Assembly: GCA_039680575.1 (NCBI GenBank)
Contig: JBDKSP010000088.1
Span: 63-64,062, forward strand
Origin: Armatimonadota bacterium
Lineage (GTDB): Bacteria > Armatimonadota > UBA5829 > DTLH01
Length of the DNA stretch: 64,000 nucleotides
Reading direction: 5' to 3'
Shown here: one piece after another, positions 30,069 to 40,433 of the stretch
How the letters are laid out: each line of letters starts with the position of its first letter
Numbering within the stretch: the stretch's first letter is position 1
Made by a program: the position numbers and the translations under genes
The notes under the pieces: generated by a model
The model's database searches: none
What the model was told of the DNA's origin: nothing
Seen by the model: only the letters and a program-made list of their open reading frames with translations

Positions 30069-31442
30069 ATGAGTATGAAACAGATCGATTCTTCGATATT
30101 CAGAGCTTATGACATAAGGGGTACGTATCCCGACCAACTGAATGAGGATGTAGTGTACCACGTGGTGCGGGCTTATGCAGAGAAACTGAAGCCTAAACTG
30201 GCGGTAGTTGGCCGTGACATGAGGTTAAGCAGCCCCAGCCTGACGGAGCAGGCAATACAGGCGCTTTTAGACGGTGGGAGCGATGTTATCGATGTCGGAT
30301 TGACCACTACCCCGATGTACTACTATTCTGTAAATGTTTTGAACGCCAATGCAGGGGTTATGGTTACAGCTTCTCATAACCCGAAGGCCTATAATGGGCT
30401 GAAGCTCACCGGCCCTCTGGCTACGCCGTCGATTGACTATATCAGTAACGATGACCTGTATAAAGATGCAAGCGCAGCCGATTTTGAGACTCCCAGCAAG
30501 CCCGGCAGGATCATAGATAGAACCAGCATGATAGACCGCTACACGCGTGATGTGCTTGAGGCAAGTGGGATAAATAAATTTGGTGGACTGAAGCTTGTAG
30601 TGGATGCTGGAAACGGTATGGATGGAATCGTGCTTCCCGAACTCTTCAAGAACGCTGATTGCGAGGTTATACCGCTTTATTGGGACCCTGATGGGAATTT
30701 TCCGAACCATGAGGCTAATCCTCTGAAGGAGGAGACTCTCGACGACCTCAAGCAGAAGGTGCTGGAAACGAAGGCGAACCTTGGAATCGCTTACGATGGT
30801 GATGGGGACCGTGTAGGCTTTGTTGACGAGACTGGAAAGCACATTCCGGGTGACATTGTGACTGCTATTCTGGCAAAAACGATGCTCAAAGAGAAGCCGA
30901 GGGCGGAGATTATCTATGATGTCCGCAGCAGTTGGTCTGTGAAGGAAGAAATCGAAAAAGCCGGCGGCAAACCTGTTATGTGGAAGGTCGGCCACGCCCT
31001 AATCAAGAAGAAAATGCGCGAGATAGGGGCTTATTTCGGTGGAGAACTCTCCAGTCACTACTATTTTCAAAAGTTCTACATCACCGATAACGGTGATCTT
31101 GCAATGCTTACCATGCTGAAGACCATTCTGGCTGAAGGTAAGCCGCTTTCCGAAATCGCGAAACCGATCATGCGCTATTTCCACAGCGAGGAGATCAATT
31201 CGAAGGTAGCTGACCCCGCGGCGAAAATCGCGGAGGTGAAAGAGTGCTATCAGAATGGAAGAATAATCGAATTGGACGGAATGACCATTGAGTTTGATGA
31301 CTGGTGGTTCAACCTGCGGCCGAGCCAGACCGAGCCGGTCCTTCGCCTGAATGTGGAAGCCAAGACTAAGGACCTGCTAGAATCCAAAGTGTCGGAGATT
31401 CTGGGCATAGTCCGCGCGGTCCCGGCAAAAGTCTCATCCTAG
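30069..31442 (+). CDS. phosphomannomutase/phosphoglucomutase (alpha-D-phosphohexomutase)
   Basis: Active-site TASHNP, metal-binding DGDGDR, and the sugar-binding loop. Confidence 0.85.
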   Translation: MSMKQIDSSIFRAYDIRGTYPDQLNEDVVYHVVRAYAEKLKPKLAVVGRDMRLSSPSLTEQAIQALLDGGSDVIDVGLTTTPMYYYSVNVLNANAGVMVTASHNPKAYNGLKLTGPLATPSIDYISNDDLYKDASAADFETPSKPGRIIDRTSMIDRYTRDVLEASGINKFGGLKLVVDAGNGMDGIVLPELFKNADCEVIPLYWDPDGNFPNHEANPLKEETLDDLKQKVLETKANLGIAYDGDGDRVGFVDETGKHIPGDIVTAILAKTMLKEKPRAEIIYDVRSSWSVKEEIEKAGGKPVMWKVGHALIKKKMREIGAYFGGELSSHYYFQKFYITDNGDLAMLTMLKTILAEGKPLSEIAKPIMRYFHSEEINSKVADPAAKIAEVKECYQNGRIIELDGMTIEFDDWWFNLRPSQTEPVLRLNVEAKTKDLLESKVSEILGIVRAVPAKVSS

Positions 31443-32599
31443 CCCATCTGCCGTTTGAACCGGCGCATGGCGCCCAGGAATATGACTGAACCAAGCGCGA
31501 GCATGATGAGAATCTGCTGCCAGAGGATTTGTAATCCTGCACCCTTAAGCAGTATACCGAAAACGATGTTCAGATAGTAGTAAGTCGGCTGAATATACAT
31601 AACGGCTAGAAGCGCCCCCGGCATAGCTTCCGGGGGCGTAAACTTACCTGACAGGTAGATCATCGGAGTGAGAAGCATAATGCTTAAGAGTCCCACCTGG
31701 GCAAGATTCCGGCTGATTGAAGCTATAAATACCCCGATTCCGGTCATCGAGAAAACGTATATTGCCGTAATGAAGAAAAACAGAAGGAGACTTCCCTTCA
31801 TCGGGACATGAAACATCGGCCCTATTACTATGAATAGACTGAGACAGCAGCCTATGATGATCGCGAGTGTCATGGAGATGACTTTAGGCAGAATAATCTG
31901 GAGCGGGCTTAACGGTGAGACTGTAAGCTGCTCTATCGTTCCTCGTTCCTTCTCTCTCACCATCGCTGCAGCCGGAAGAAGGAGCGCCAGCATCGTTATT
32001 ACCTGGATTAGCTGGCAGACTGACTGAAACCAGGAGTCCAGCACATTCTGGTTGAACCATATGCGGTGGTTATCTATCAAACCTGGCGGAAGACTGCTTG
32101 ATGACGGAGCTATTCCGATACTTTTGAGTCCATAGGCTTGACCCAAGGGGGCCATTACCATCGAGGAGTATCCTTCTACAATTTCAGCAATGCTCGAGTT
32201 GCTGGCGTCCAGTTGGAGTTGCACCGAATCCGGATCGCCTCGGAGCAGTGATTGCTCGAACTGTGGAGGTATATCGAGAACCGCCATCACTCTCCCCGAA
32301 TCCAGCAGATTTTGTCCTTCACGTGAACCCGATATGACGCCATATGATGAAAACCACGGTTCCTGGAAGCTGTAGATAAGTTCCCGTGATGCCTGCGACC
32401 GGTCGTTGTCGATAAAAGCTATCGGCGCGTGCTCTATCTGCATCGAAACTGAAGTCCCCGCATTGCGTACTCCAAGAATGAATGCGTAGACCAGGATCAG
32501 CATCAGGATAGGGTCTCGCAAAAACTGCAAAACTTCCTTGTAAGTCATAACACTCAGACGGCGCATCCAGCTTTTCCAAGTATCTATTAAAAGGCTCAT
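31439..32599 (-). CDS. ABC-2 type transporter permease (YbhS/YbhR-like)
   Basis: Large periplasmic loop followed by a C-terminal six-transmembrane bundle. Its start overlaps the upstream permease stop. Confidence 0.7.
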   Translation of the reverse strand: MSLLIDTWKSWMRRLSVMTYKEVLQFLRDPILMLILVYAFILGVRNAGTSVSMQIEHAPIAFIDNDRSQASRELIYSFQEPWFSSYGVISGSREGQNLLDSGRVMAVLDIPPQFEQSLLRGDPDSVQLQLDASNSSIAEIVEGYSSMVMAPLGQAYGLKSIGIAPSSSSLPPGLIDNHRIWFNQNVLDSWFQSVCQLIQVITMLALLLPAAAMVREKERGTIEQLTVSPLSPLQIILPKVISMTLAIIIGCCLSLFIVIGPMFHVPMKGSLLLFFFITAIYVFSMTGIGVFIASISRNLAQVGLLSIMLLTPMIYLSGKFTPPEAMPGALLAVMYIQPTYYYLNIVFGILLKGAGLQILWQQILIMLALGSVIFLGAMRRFKRQMG

Positions 32600-33750
32600 G
32601 TTTTTGTCCTCTTGTGAAATCTGAGGTAGCTGATCGAAAAGAGTACAGCAGAAAATACAAGCAAAACCAGGACATTGGTCCAGAGTTGCGCAAATCCGGT
32701 TCCTTTCAGAAAACAACCTTCAACTATTCGCGTAAAGAACATGCACGGGAAGAGGTGCGCAATCTTCTGGCCGCCTGGTGATAGTGACCCTACCGGCACC
32801 ATAACCCCTGAGAAATTGACGGCTGTAATCTGAGTAATGATTGCAGTGAAGATCATGGCAGCCGCTTGTGTCGTCATAAGAGTCGATATTGCAAGCCCGA
32901 GGGTGCAGGTGCTGATAACATAGACCAGCATAGAGAGCAAGAAGAAGAGTGGCGATCCCTTGAACGGCGCACCAAAGACAATCAAGGCTATCAATAGAAG
33001 CACTATTCCGTTTAGGAATGCGATTCCGATGTACGGAATCAGCTTCCCGATGAGGTATTCGCCACGGGTCAAGGTCGATGCATACACGTTGAAGATCGAC
33101 CCGGTTTCCTTCTCCCTTACAACGCCTAAAGCCGTCAAAAGTGGTGGCACCATATAGAGAATCAGAACGAGCAGCCTCGGCGCCAGTCCCAAAACGCTCT
33201 TGATTGCCGGGTTATACAGATACCTGGTGTTGACTTTGACAGGCTGCACTGCTATTTTCGCCCGATCAAGAGGGACTCCGGCTATCCGCGATATATATTG
33301 CGCCAGCAGATTCGCGTTCATAGCGCCGATAATCGACGAAACGTACCCCTTAGTGATCTGCGCCCGGCTCGTATATGTGCCATCCAGGAGCGTCTGCACA
33401 GGAGCAGGCCGTCCCTTGTTCACATTCTTGCCGAAGTCCTTCGGGATGATTATCACCGCTCGAATTATGTTGTTTTGAAGCAGCGGGTCGAGTTCGCGGT
33501 CGTCATAAGCAATCCACACAAGATCAAAGTAACGTGAACTGGAAAAGCGGCTGGCGAAATCACGGCTTTCGGGAGTGTTGTCATTGTCGACAATGGCAAT
33601 CGGTATATGCTCGACATCCATTGAGAGGCAAACTCCGAGAAGGAGCATCAGAAACGATGGCAGCACAAAGGCCAGGACGGCGAACAGCTTGTCGCGTGCT
33701 ACCTCACGGAACTCCTTATACGAAACGGCAATGATTCTGCGAATATTCAT
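32596..33750 (-). CDS. ABC-2 type transporter permease (YbhS/YbhR-like)
   Basis: Paralogous to the downstream permease. Its ATG overlaps the ATPase stop (TAATG). Confidence 0.7.
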   Translation of the reverse strand: MNIRRIIAVSYKEFREVARDKLFAVLAFVLPSFLMLLLGVCLSMDVEHIPIAIVDNDNTPESRDFASRFSSSRYFDLVWIAYDDRELDPLLQNNIIRAVIIIPKDFGKNVNKGRPAPVQTLLDGTYTSRAQITKGYVSSIIGAMNANLLAQYISRIAGVPLDRAKIAVQPVKVNTRYLYNPAIKSVLGLAPRLLVLILYMVPPLLTALGVVREKETGSIFNVYASTLTRGEYLIGKLIPYIGIAFLNGIVLLLIALIVFGAPFKGSPLFFLLSMLVYVISTCTLGLAISTLMTTQAAAMIFTAIITQITAVNFSGVMVPVGSLSPGGQKIAHLFPCMFFTRIVEGCFLKGTGFAQLWTNVLVLLVFSAVLFSISYLRFHKRTKT

Positions 33751-35747
33751 TATGCCGCTCCTTTCGCCTTCTCCGATTCCCGCTCAAGAGATGTTACCGT
33801 ATGGACGAACACTTCTTCCATCGATATAGGCTTCGGAGTAGTGGAGAGAACTTCTATCTGGTGTTCGGCCAGAATCCCGCGGATGCGCTGCTCGTCTTTT
33901 ACCGGGTCGCTCGAAAGCAGTCGTATTCGGCTGCCATAAGGGAGAGCCTCTGGGAATTCACTTGTCACCAAACCCAGCGCATTAGGCGGATCACTGGTCC
34001 TGAATTCCAGCATGTGGCCGACCTGGTTTTCCAGGTTATTTTCGAGCGATTCGGGCGGTGCATCCGCCACGACTCGCCCGGCAAACATCAAAACTATATG
34101 GTCACAACTCTCGGCCTCGCTCATATAGTGCGTGGTAAAGAGTATCGCGACATTATGCACTCTTGAGAGCCGGTAAAGTATGTCCCAGAACTGCCTGCGT
34201 CCAACAGGATCGACCCCTGAAGTCGGTTCATCGAGGAAAAGTGTCGATGGCTGGTGGACCAGCGCACATCCAAGAGAAAGCCTCTGCCGAAGTCCCATAG
34301 GAAGGCTCGCCACCTTCGCATCTCCGCGCCCCGCGAGCCCTGCTACGTTCAAGACCCACTCCGCTCTTTCCAGCCTCAGTTCCCTGGGAACGCCATATAT
34401 CCCCGCATAGAGCATGATGTTTTCCATTACCGTGAGATCGATGTATAAAGAGAACGCCTGCGAAACATAACCTATGCGTTCCTTGATTTCCTGGCCTGCA
34501 AAACGCATGTCCGCTCCTGAGACTTGCCCTTCTCCGCTGGATGGCGGCAGTATGCCGGTCAGCATCTTGATACAGGTCGATTTTCCAGCCCCGTTTGCAC
34601 CTAACAAGCCAAAAATCTCTCCCTGCTTTACCTGGAAAGTCACATGATCGACTGCGGTAAAGCTGCCGAAAATCCGCGTGAGGTCCATCGCTTCGATTGC
34701 TGTCCGTTCCTTCTGTTCTTCCGGCAGGTTTGCGTAAGTCTCGACAGTGCTTGAGGAAGATGCTGCTTCACTTTCTCCCTGCTCTCGCTGCCGAAGAAGC
34801 GCAATAAAGACATCTTCCAGATCGGGGTCCCACATCCGCACTTCCGTAGGCTTCAGTTCCTGCGGCAGGAAGGATACAGCTTCGGAACTTGCTTTCTCGC
34901 GGTCTGAAGTATCTGCGAGCAGTCTGACCCACTCTCCACGTGGCTCTACCTGGCCGTAATGTTCTCTCAGGACACCGAGGGATACTATCTGATTAGGGCA
35001 CCTCAGTTCCACCATCGTGCCCGGAACCAGTCCGACAAGCTCCTCAGGCGTGCCGGATGCAAGAAATCGTCCTTCGTGCATGAGCGAAACCCGGTCAAAC
35101 CGCAGAGCTTCTTCCATGTAGGCTGTGCTGATTAGAGCTGTCATCCCTTCTGCACGGCTCAGTTCAGAGAGGATTGCCCAGAAGTCGCGGCGGGAAACGG
35201 GGTCGACGCCTGTGGTCGGTTCATCGAGAATTATCAGCTCCGGCAAGTGGATGAGGGAACAGATGAGCCCGAGTTTCTGCTTCATGCCTCCTGACAGGTT
35301 CTTCATCGGGCGGTTTCGGAACTTGTCGAGACGAGTCATCTTTAGAAAACGGTTTTTCCGCGCCTCCAGTTCATTTGGAGGAACTAACCTTACCCTGGCG
35401 AAATAATCAATATTCTCCTCGATTGACAGGTCTGGAGAGAGGTTCAGTCCAAGTCCCTGCGGCATCAGACCGATTCGACTCTTAATCAACTCCGCTGACT
35501 TCTCGGATTCGACCTTTTCCCCGAAAACCTCAACGGTTCCGGCGTCATAAGCCAGCACCCCGGCAATCGATTTCATGAGAGTGCTTTTACCTGCTCCATC
35601 AGGACCGATCAGACCGTACATCTCGCCCTTAACTACATCCAGATCGGCCTCTCGAACAGCAACCACATCTCCATAACTCTTGCCGAAACCCCGGACACGG
35701 ACCGGGGGTGGAGGCTCACCGCCGTTCAGTACTGTGGCCGCTGCCAT
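33750..35747 (-). CDS. ABC transporter ATP-binding protein with two fused ATPase domains (YbhF-like)
   Basis: Two Walker A sites (GPDGAGKST, GANGAGKST) and two signature motifs (LSGGMKQKL, LPMGLRQRL). GGAGG Shine-Dalgarno upstream of the ATG at 35747. Confidence 0.85.
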   Translation of the reverse strand: MAAATVLNGGEPPPPVRVRGFGKSYGDVVAVREADLDVVKGEMYGLIGPDGAGKSTLMKSIAGVLAYDAGTVEVFGEKVESEKSAELIKSRIGLMPQGLGLNLSPDLSIEENIDYFARVRLVPPNELEARKNRFLKMTRLDKFRNRPMKNLSGGMKQKLGLICSLIHLPELIILDEPTTGVDPVSRRDFWAILSELSRAEGMTALISTAYMEEALRFDRVSLMHEGRFLASGTPEELVGLVPGTMVELRCPNQIVSLGVLREHYGQVEPRGEWVRLLADTSDREKASSEAVSFLPQELKPTEVRMWDPDLEDVFIALLRQREQGESEAASSSSTVETYANLPEEQKERTAIEAMDLTRIFGSFTAVDHVTFQVKQGEIFGLLGANGAGKSTCIKMLTGILPPSSGEGQVSGADMRFAGQEIKERIGYVSQAFSLYIDLTVMENIMLYAGIYGVPRELRLERAEWVLNVAGLAGRGDAKVASLPMGLRQRLSLGCALVHQPSTLFLDEPTSGVDPVGRRQFWDILYRLSRVHNVAILFTTHYMSEAESCDHIVLMFAGRVVADAPPESLENNLENQVGHMLEFRTSDPPNALGLVTSEFPEALPYGSRIRLLSSDPVKDEQRIRGILAEHQIEVLSTTPKPISMEEVFVHTVTSLERESEKAKGAA

Positions 35748-37165
35748 GGAACGCTCTCCTTCCACCTTATGATGGCATCAGCCGGCATACCTGGTGTCAA
35801 ACGGTGGTCCGGGTTTTTGTTCAGGTAGAGCTTGACGGCGTAGACCAGTTTTACCCGTTCATCAGGTGTCTGCACTTCCTTTGGAGTAAACTCGGCTGTC
35901 GATGAGATATACCTTACTGTCGCATCGAAAGGCATATTAGGGTACGCATCTACATAGACCTTAGCAGGCAGGCCTAGCCGGACTTTTCCGATATCTTTCT
36001 CCGGAACGTAAGCCTTGAGATATAGCTTGTCGAGATTCACTACTTCCAGTATGGGAGAGCCGGCAGTTACGACCTCTCCGGTGTCTCTTACCCGGGTGAC
36101 GACCTTTCCTGTGATCGGCGACACTACGAACAGGCTATTTAGGATGTTTCTTTGTTCGTTTACCGCAGCCTGGGCCTCCTGTATCTGGGACTGTGCACTG
36201 GTGTGTTGGCTTTTGCTGATTGCAACCTGGGTTGAAGCTGTCATAGCCTGTCTTAAGATACCCTCAGCCTGAGCTTTCACTCCTTTTGCGGTTATTACAC
36301 GTGCATTTGCAGCATTAGCGTCCTGCCTTGCGGAAGCGAGTTGGGCCTGAGCACTCTGAAGGCTGGCCTGGGCAGCTGCAACCTGTTCTTTTGCAGTTTT
36401 AAGATCAGCCTGTTTTGCTGCTACCTGCGCTCTCGCTGAACTTGCATTCGCAATTGCACTCTGCAGCTCTGCATGGTCTTTTGCCGCAGTAGTAACATAT
36501 TCATCCCGCTGCCTTTCAGTGACGACTCCTTCTTTGGCCAGATTGGTAAAACGTCGTGCATTTGCCGCTGATAGTTTGGTCTGAGACCGCTGGGATTCAA
36601 CCTGCTTTTCGCTGGAATGCAGGTTAGCTTTTGCTGTTTCTACGTCTGCTGAATATCGGCGGACTGCCGATTTCGCCTGACGGACAGCTGCTGATGCAGA
36701 TTTTACTGCAGCCTGAGCATTCTTTATGTTTGCTTCGGCACTTTTTGCGGCAGCCTGTGCGTCCTGTACACCGCTTTCAGCTTGTATTACCTGGCCTCTA
36801 GCCTGTTCTATACTGGAACTGCCGGTTTCGGAAGTGAGACCGACGTTTTGGCCAGCAGCATTGGCCTGTGCAACCATGACACCATAGTTGTGCTTGGATT
36901 GCTCCAATCGATCTCTGGTCTCAGGGTCATCCAGACGCACCACCATATCACCCCGTGTTACATTGTCGCCTTCTCTTGCAAGAAGCTTCGTTATCTTGCC
37001 ATTGTACTTGCTGGAGACGACCACGACATCTCCCTCCATACGCCCGTTGACCTGGATGAGCCCTTCAGCGAGTGGGGTTTTACGCATCAGGAAATAGATG
37101 CCGACACCTATGGCTATGACTATCAGTGAAATTATTATATTTTTGCGGGTTAACAGCTTTCTCAT
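35726..37165 (-). CDS. HlyD-family membrane fusion protein with a very long Ala/Gln-rich coiled coil (YbhG-like)
   Basis: N-terminal transmembrane anchor and beta-barrel/lipoyl segments, with a ~200-aa alpha-helical hairpin. Confidence 0.75.
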   Translation of the reverse strand: MRKLLTRKNIIISLIVIAIGVGIYFLMRKTPLAEGLIQVNGRMEGDVVVVSSKYNGKITKLLAREGDNVTRGDMVVRLDDPETRDRLEQSKHNYGVMVAQANAAGQNVGLTSETGSSSIEQARGQVIQAESGVQDAQAAAKSAEANIKNAQAAVKSASAAVRQAKSAVRRYSADVETAKANLHSSEKQVESQRSQTKLSAANARRFTNLAKEGVVTERQRDEYVTTAAKDHAELQSAIANASSARAQVAAKQADLKTAKEQVAAAQASLQSAQAQLASARQDANAANARVITAKGVKAQAEGILRQAMTASTQVAISKSQHTSAQSQIQEAQAAVNEQRNILNSLFVVSPITGKVVTRVRDTGEVVTAGSPILEVVNLDKLYLKAYVPEKDIGKVRLGLPAKVYVDAYPNMPFDATVRYISSTAEFTPKEVQTPDERVKLVYAVKLYLNKNPDHRLTPGMPADAIIRWKESVPWQRPQY

Positions 37166-37172
37166 GGTTGCG

Positions 37173-38555
37173 CTACTTCGACCTCCCCTCCGAGTTCACT
37201 CCTTCGTCAGTCTGTGCGGTATGAGTCACCTGCACAAGATCGCCGAGGTATCTGTGGGCTGTGAGGTACGCAGAATCAAGCTGGTATAATGATTGCTGAA
37301 GCCCAGTCTCAGCAGATAAGAGATTCACGTTGGCATCAAGCACTTCCAGGTTCGTTCCTACACCTTCTGCAAACCTGCGCTCAGCCAGTCTCAGACTCTC
37401 CCTTGCGAGGTCCACGGCCTTTCGCGCGGACGTGATTGCGCTGTACGCTGTGTCCATGTCCAGATAAGCGCTTCGAACCGATAGCCTCGTGTCATTGGCT
37501 GCGTTTTCAAGTTCAGTGTTGGTCTTTACCTGTTCCGATCCCAGTTCTTCGGCTTGTGCCCGGATGAGTCCGCCGTCAAATACCATCTGGGATAACTGCA
37601 ATCCAACAAACCATTGCGAATCTGTCATAAAGCCTTTCGACCGTGAGACCAGGTTAGCGGACCCGACAATGTCTATCTGAGGTTTTCTATCCGCTTTCAC
37701 GGACTTTTCGAGCCAGAAAAGCGATGATAACCTGTCTGTGATACTCCGGACCAGTGGGTCGGCTTTCACGGCGATTTCCTCCGCCTGAGCTACCGGTTGT
37801 TGAGAAGGAATGTCGAAAAAGCCTCCCTCCAGATCAATCGGAGAGTCCTTGGGCAAAAGTAGTGAAGTCCGAAGATTAGCCAACGCCAGTTCATACAGGT
37901 TTCGTACATCCGTAAGTCGTTTTTTCTGATCTTCAACCGCAGCTTCAGCGCGAATTACATCATAATCGGTAGCAACACCTTCTTTTCGTAATTTCTGCGC
38001 CTGGGATAAGTGCTCTTCATATGATTTGAGTGATTCTTCGTTGACCAGAACACTCTCCCTGCCATAGATTGCCGCAAGATATGTGCGGGTTGTCTGAAGA
38101 ACAATGGAAAGCTCAGTGTTGCTGGCGGTATTTTCTGCCTCAGTTACTCCAAAAGTCGCACTGCGGGTCCTGTAACGGATACGCCCAGCATCGAATATTG
38201 GATAAGCAGCCGAAATGAATGCAAAGTAGACATCCTGGTCAGCTACGGTCTGTCCGGGAATGATAACGGTTGTGTCATTAATTGCAATTGTTTTCGCATC
38301 AAGGGTAATCGGATCATCCAGATGATAGTAACTTGCACTAAGATCAGCATGCCCTTTTCCCTTGCTTTTCACCCGGTCAACGTTCTTAGTCGCAGTGGTA
38401 ATATTCTGTTTGGATGCCTTGATGGTCAGGTTCTGCTGGATAGCAAGGTCAGCAGTACGCGCGAGGTCGAGTTTGATTGGCTGCGGTTGCTCGGCCCGTA
38501 GTGCAGCTGAAGACATGATGCATAAAATCAGTAGTAGTGTGAAAGCTCTTCCCAT
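37173..38555 (-). CDS. TolC-family outer-membrane efflux protein
   Basis: Signal peptide and two repeated coiled-coil/beta-strand halves typical of outer-membrane factors. First gene of the five-gene exporter operon. Confidence 0.7.
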   Translation of the reverse strand: MGRAFTLLLILCIMSSAALRAEQPQPIKLDLARTADLAIQQNLTIKASKQNITTATKNVDRVKSKGKGHADLSASYYHLDDPITLDAKTIAINDTTVIIPGQTVADQDVYFAFISAAYPIFDAGRIRYRTRSATFGVTEAENTASNTELSIVLQTTRTYLAAIYGRESVLVNEESLKSYEEHLSQAQKLRKEGVATDYDVIRAEAAVEDQKKRLTDVRNLYELALANLRTSLLLPKDSPIDLEGGFFDIPSQQPVAQAEEIAVKADPLVRSITDRLSSLFWLEKSVKADRKPQIDIVGSANLVSRSKGFMTDSQWFVGLQLSQMVFDGGLIRAQAEELGSEQVKTNTELENAANDTRLSVRSAYLDMDTAYSAITSARKAVDLARESLRLAERRFAEGVGTNLEVLDANVNLLSAETGLQQSLYQLDSAYLTAHRYLGDLVQVTHTAQTDEGVNSEGRSK

Positions 38556-38906
38556 TTGGGACCTCTTGTAAAGATTTTGCCTTTCGCAGATATCCGGATT
38601 TTACGGGCGCAATATCAAGATTGCTTCCTATAGAGTTTCAGCAGATAAAGTAACAGCCTTACAGTTATATAAGCAGTTCTCTGATATAGCTTTATCTGTT
38701 GATTTTACACTTACACCTGAAACTCTTCCGGAGGATTTTCGGCAACAGCCAACATATGATTGGCCGTTAATTAATCAGCCGAAAATCTATAGATACTAAC
38801 TTTGAGCCAGCCTTTTGAATGTACCCATATCGCAATGTTGATAAAACTATTCACAAAATAAATCGATATAGCAGATACACGCTCCATTGATTCCCTCTTT
38901 ATCTGA

Positions 38907-38932
38907 CAGGCAAACTCGCAAGAGTTTGCCTG
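38907..38932. promoter_or_regulatory. Perfect 26-bp palindrome CAGGCAAACTC-GCAA-GAGTTTGCCTG in the divergent intergenic region
   Basis: Read directly: 11-bp arms and a 4-nt spacer, ~135 bp upstream of the 39069 gene. A second palindrome, GCCAA-N7-TTGGC, lies at 38754-38770. Confidence 0.3.
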
Positions 38933-39068
38933 TTTATGCAGGTGCCGCTATCTCGTCCCGACCACACCCATATCCCAGTATTTCTACTGGTTTTTTATGT
39001 TCTACTGCAGTTCGCTAGGTATCGCATGTTATAATTCATAGAATAAAATCGTTTTTAAGGGGAAATAT

Positions 39069-40307
39069 ATGCGTTCATTCGTTTGTTTTGGACTGCTATT
39101 GGCTGTTGTACTGAGTGTGCCTGGGTATTGCGCAGTGTTTCAAGATGACTTCAGCGGTGGCCTCAACTCTCGGTACTGGTATGTCACTATGACAACGCCG
39201 GATATGTATTCTGTAGATACCACACACAAAGACATCCGGCTGGCGAAGGTCGCACCGACGCCTGGCGGTTACAAGGACGTCGAGATTAACCTGAACCTTA
39301 GCGCTCTTACATCAAGCGGCATGATCACCGGTGACTTCGACATACAGGTGGATTTCCGGGACGCCAACATAAGTGGAGGTGGGCTGAACCAAGTCGAGTT
39401 ACACACTAGCTATGCAGACGGAACAGCTTTTTTCAATGTCAAAGAATATAGCAACGTGCATGTGTGGACCGGCAGCTACCGGAGTGAACTACCTACGACC
39501 GCGACGGAGGGACGATTCCGCATAAAACGCGTGGGAAGCACTGTCACCGGGTACCTTAACGACCAGCAGATATGGTCGTCCGATACATATCCCGCTGCCT
39601 TGAACTGGGTTGCGTTCAGCATTCAGAACAACAATGGATCTGACGATCCGATATCCGTAACTTATGACAACTTCAGCATCTCAGCGGACGAAATTTTCCC
39701 TTCTACTACTACCCCCAAGCTGTTGACTGACGGCAGCCCACTGACTTTCAGCGGCTATATCGCCACTAGTGGCGCTGGTGACTTCCCTGATTTCTTCTAT
39801 GCCGAAGCATCGAACAGATATGACGGCATCCGCATCGCAGCCACGCCCGATGTAGTCTCCAATCTGACACGTGGAAGTGTTCTGAGTGTGACTGGCAATA
39901 TGGCGACAACAGCGGCTGGAGAGAGAGAGATTATTGCCTGCAGAGTCGATGCGTCACCATCCACGTCACTTATAAAACCACTCGCAATGACGAATCGTTC
40001 AGTCGGTGGTGCTGACATGGGGATTTCTGGACTCGGTCAATGCGGGGTCTATAGAGGATCTGGGCTCAACAATGTCGGACTGCTGATAAGAATTTGGGGC
40101 AAAATAACTGACGTTGGCGAAAACTACCTGGTGATTGATGATGGTAGTGGTAGTCCTGTGCGCGTTGACACGTCGTTTGTCAGCTCCCAACCAGGTAAAG
40201 GCTCGTTCGCTGCTATGACAGGGCTGTCGAGTCTGTATAAGCCGGATACGCTGCGACAAAGACTGCTCTTGCCACTCGCCGCTTCGGATTGGTACGTCAC
40301 GTGGTAG
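39069..40307 (+). CDS. secreted protein with an N-terminal concanavalin-A-like (LamG/glucanase-type) beta-sandwich domain
   Basis: Signal peptide MRSFVCFGLLLAVVLSVPGYCA. The following segment has the DDFSGG...W...F pattern typical of ConA-like lectin/glucanase folds. Assignment is tentative. Confidence 0.4.
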   Translation: MRSFVCFGLLLAVVLSVPGYCAVFQDDFSGGLNSRYWYVTMTTPDMYSVDTTHKDIRLAKVAPTPGGYKDVEINLNLSALTSSGMITGDFDIQVDFRDANISGGGLNQVELHTSYADGTAFFNVKEYSNVHVWTGSYRSELPTTATEGRFRIKRVGSTVTGYLNDQQIWSSDTYPAALNWVAFSIQNNNGSDDPISVTYDNFSISADEIFPSTTTPKLLTDGSPLTFSGYIATSGAGDFPDFFYAEASNRYDGIRIAATPDVVSNLTRGSVLSVTGNMATTAAGEREIIACRVDASPSTSLIKPLAMTNRSVGGADMGISGLGQCGVYRGSGLNNVGLLIRIWGKITDVGENYLVIDDGSGSPVRVDTSFVSSQPGKGSFAAMTGLSSLYKPDTLRQRLLLPLAASDWYVTW

Positions 40308-40433
40308 CAAACGACTAACCTCAGCGTTGTCGAAAGGTTTGTATGCTTTGGGCACACGGGGAGAAGCACGACATCCACTGGTTTTTTCCTTTTCTCCCTT
40401 TTGTGGTGAAAAACTTTTGGAATATTGAGTATA

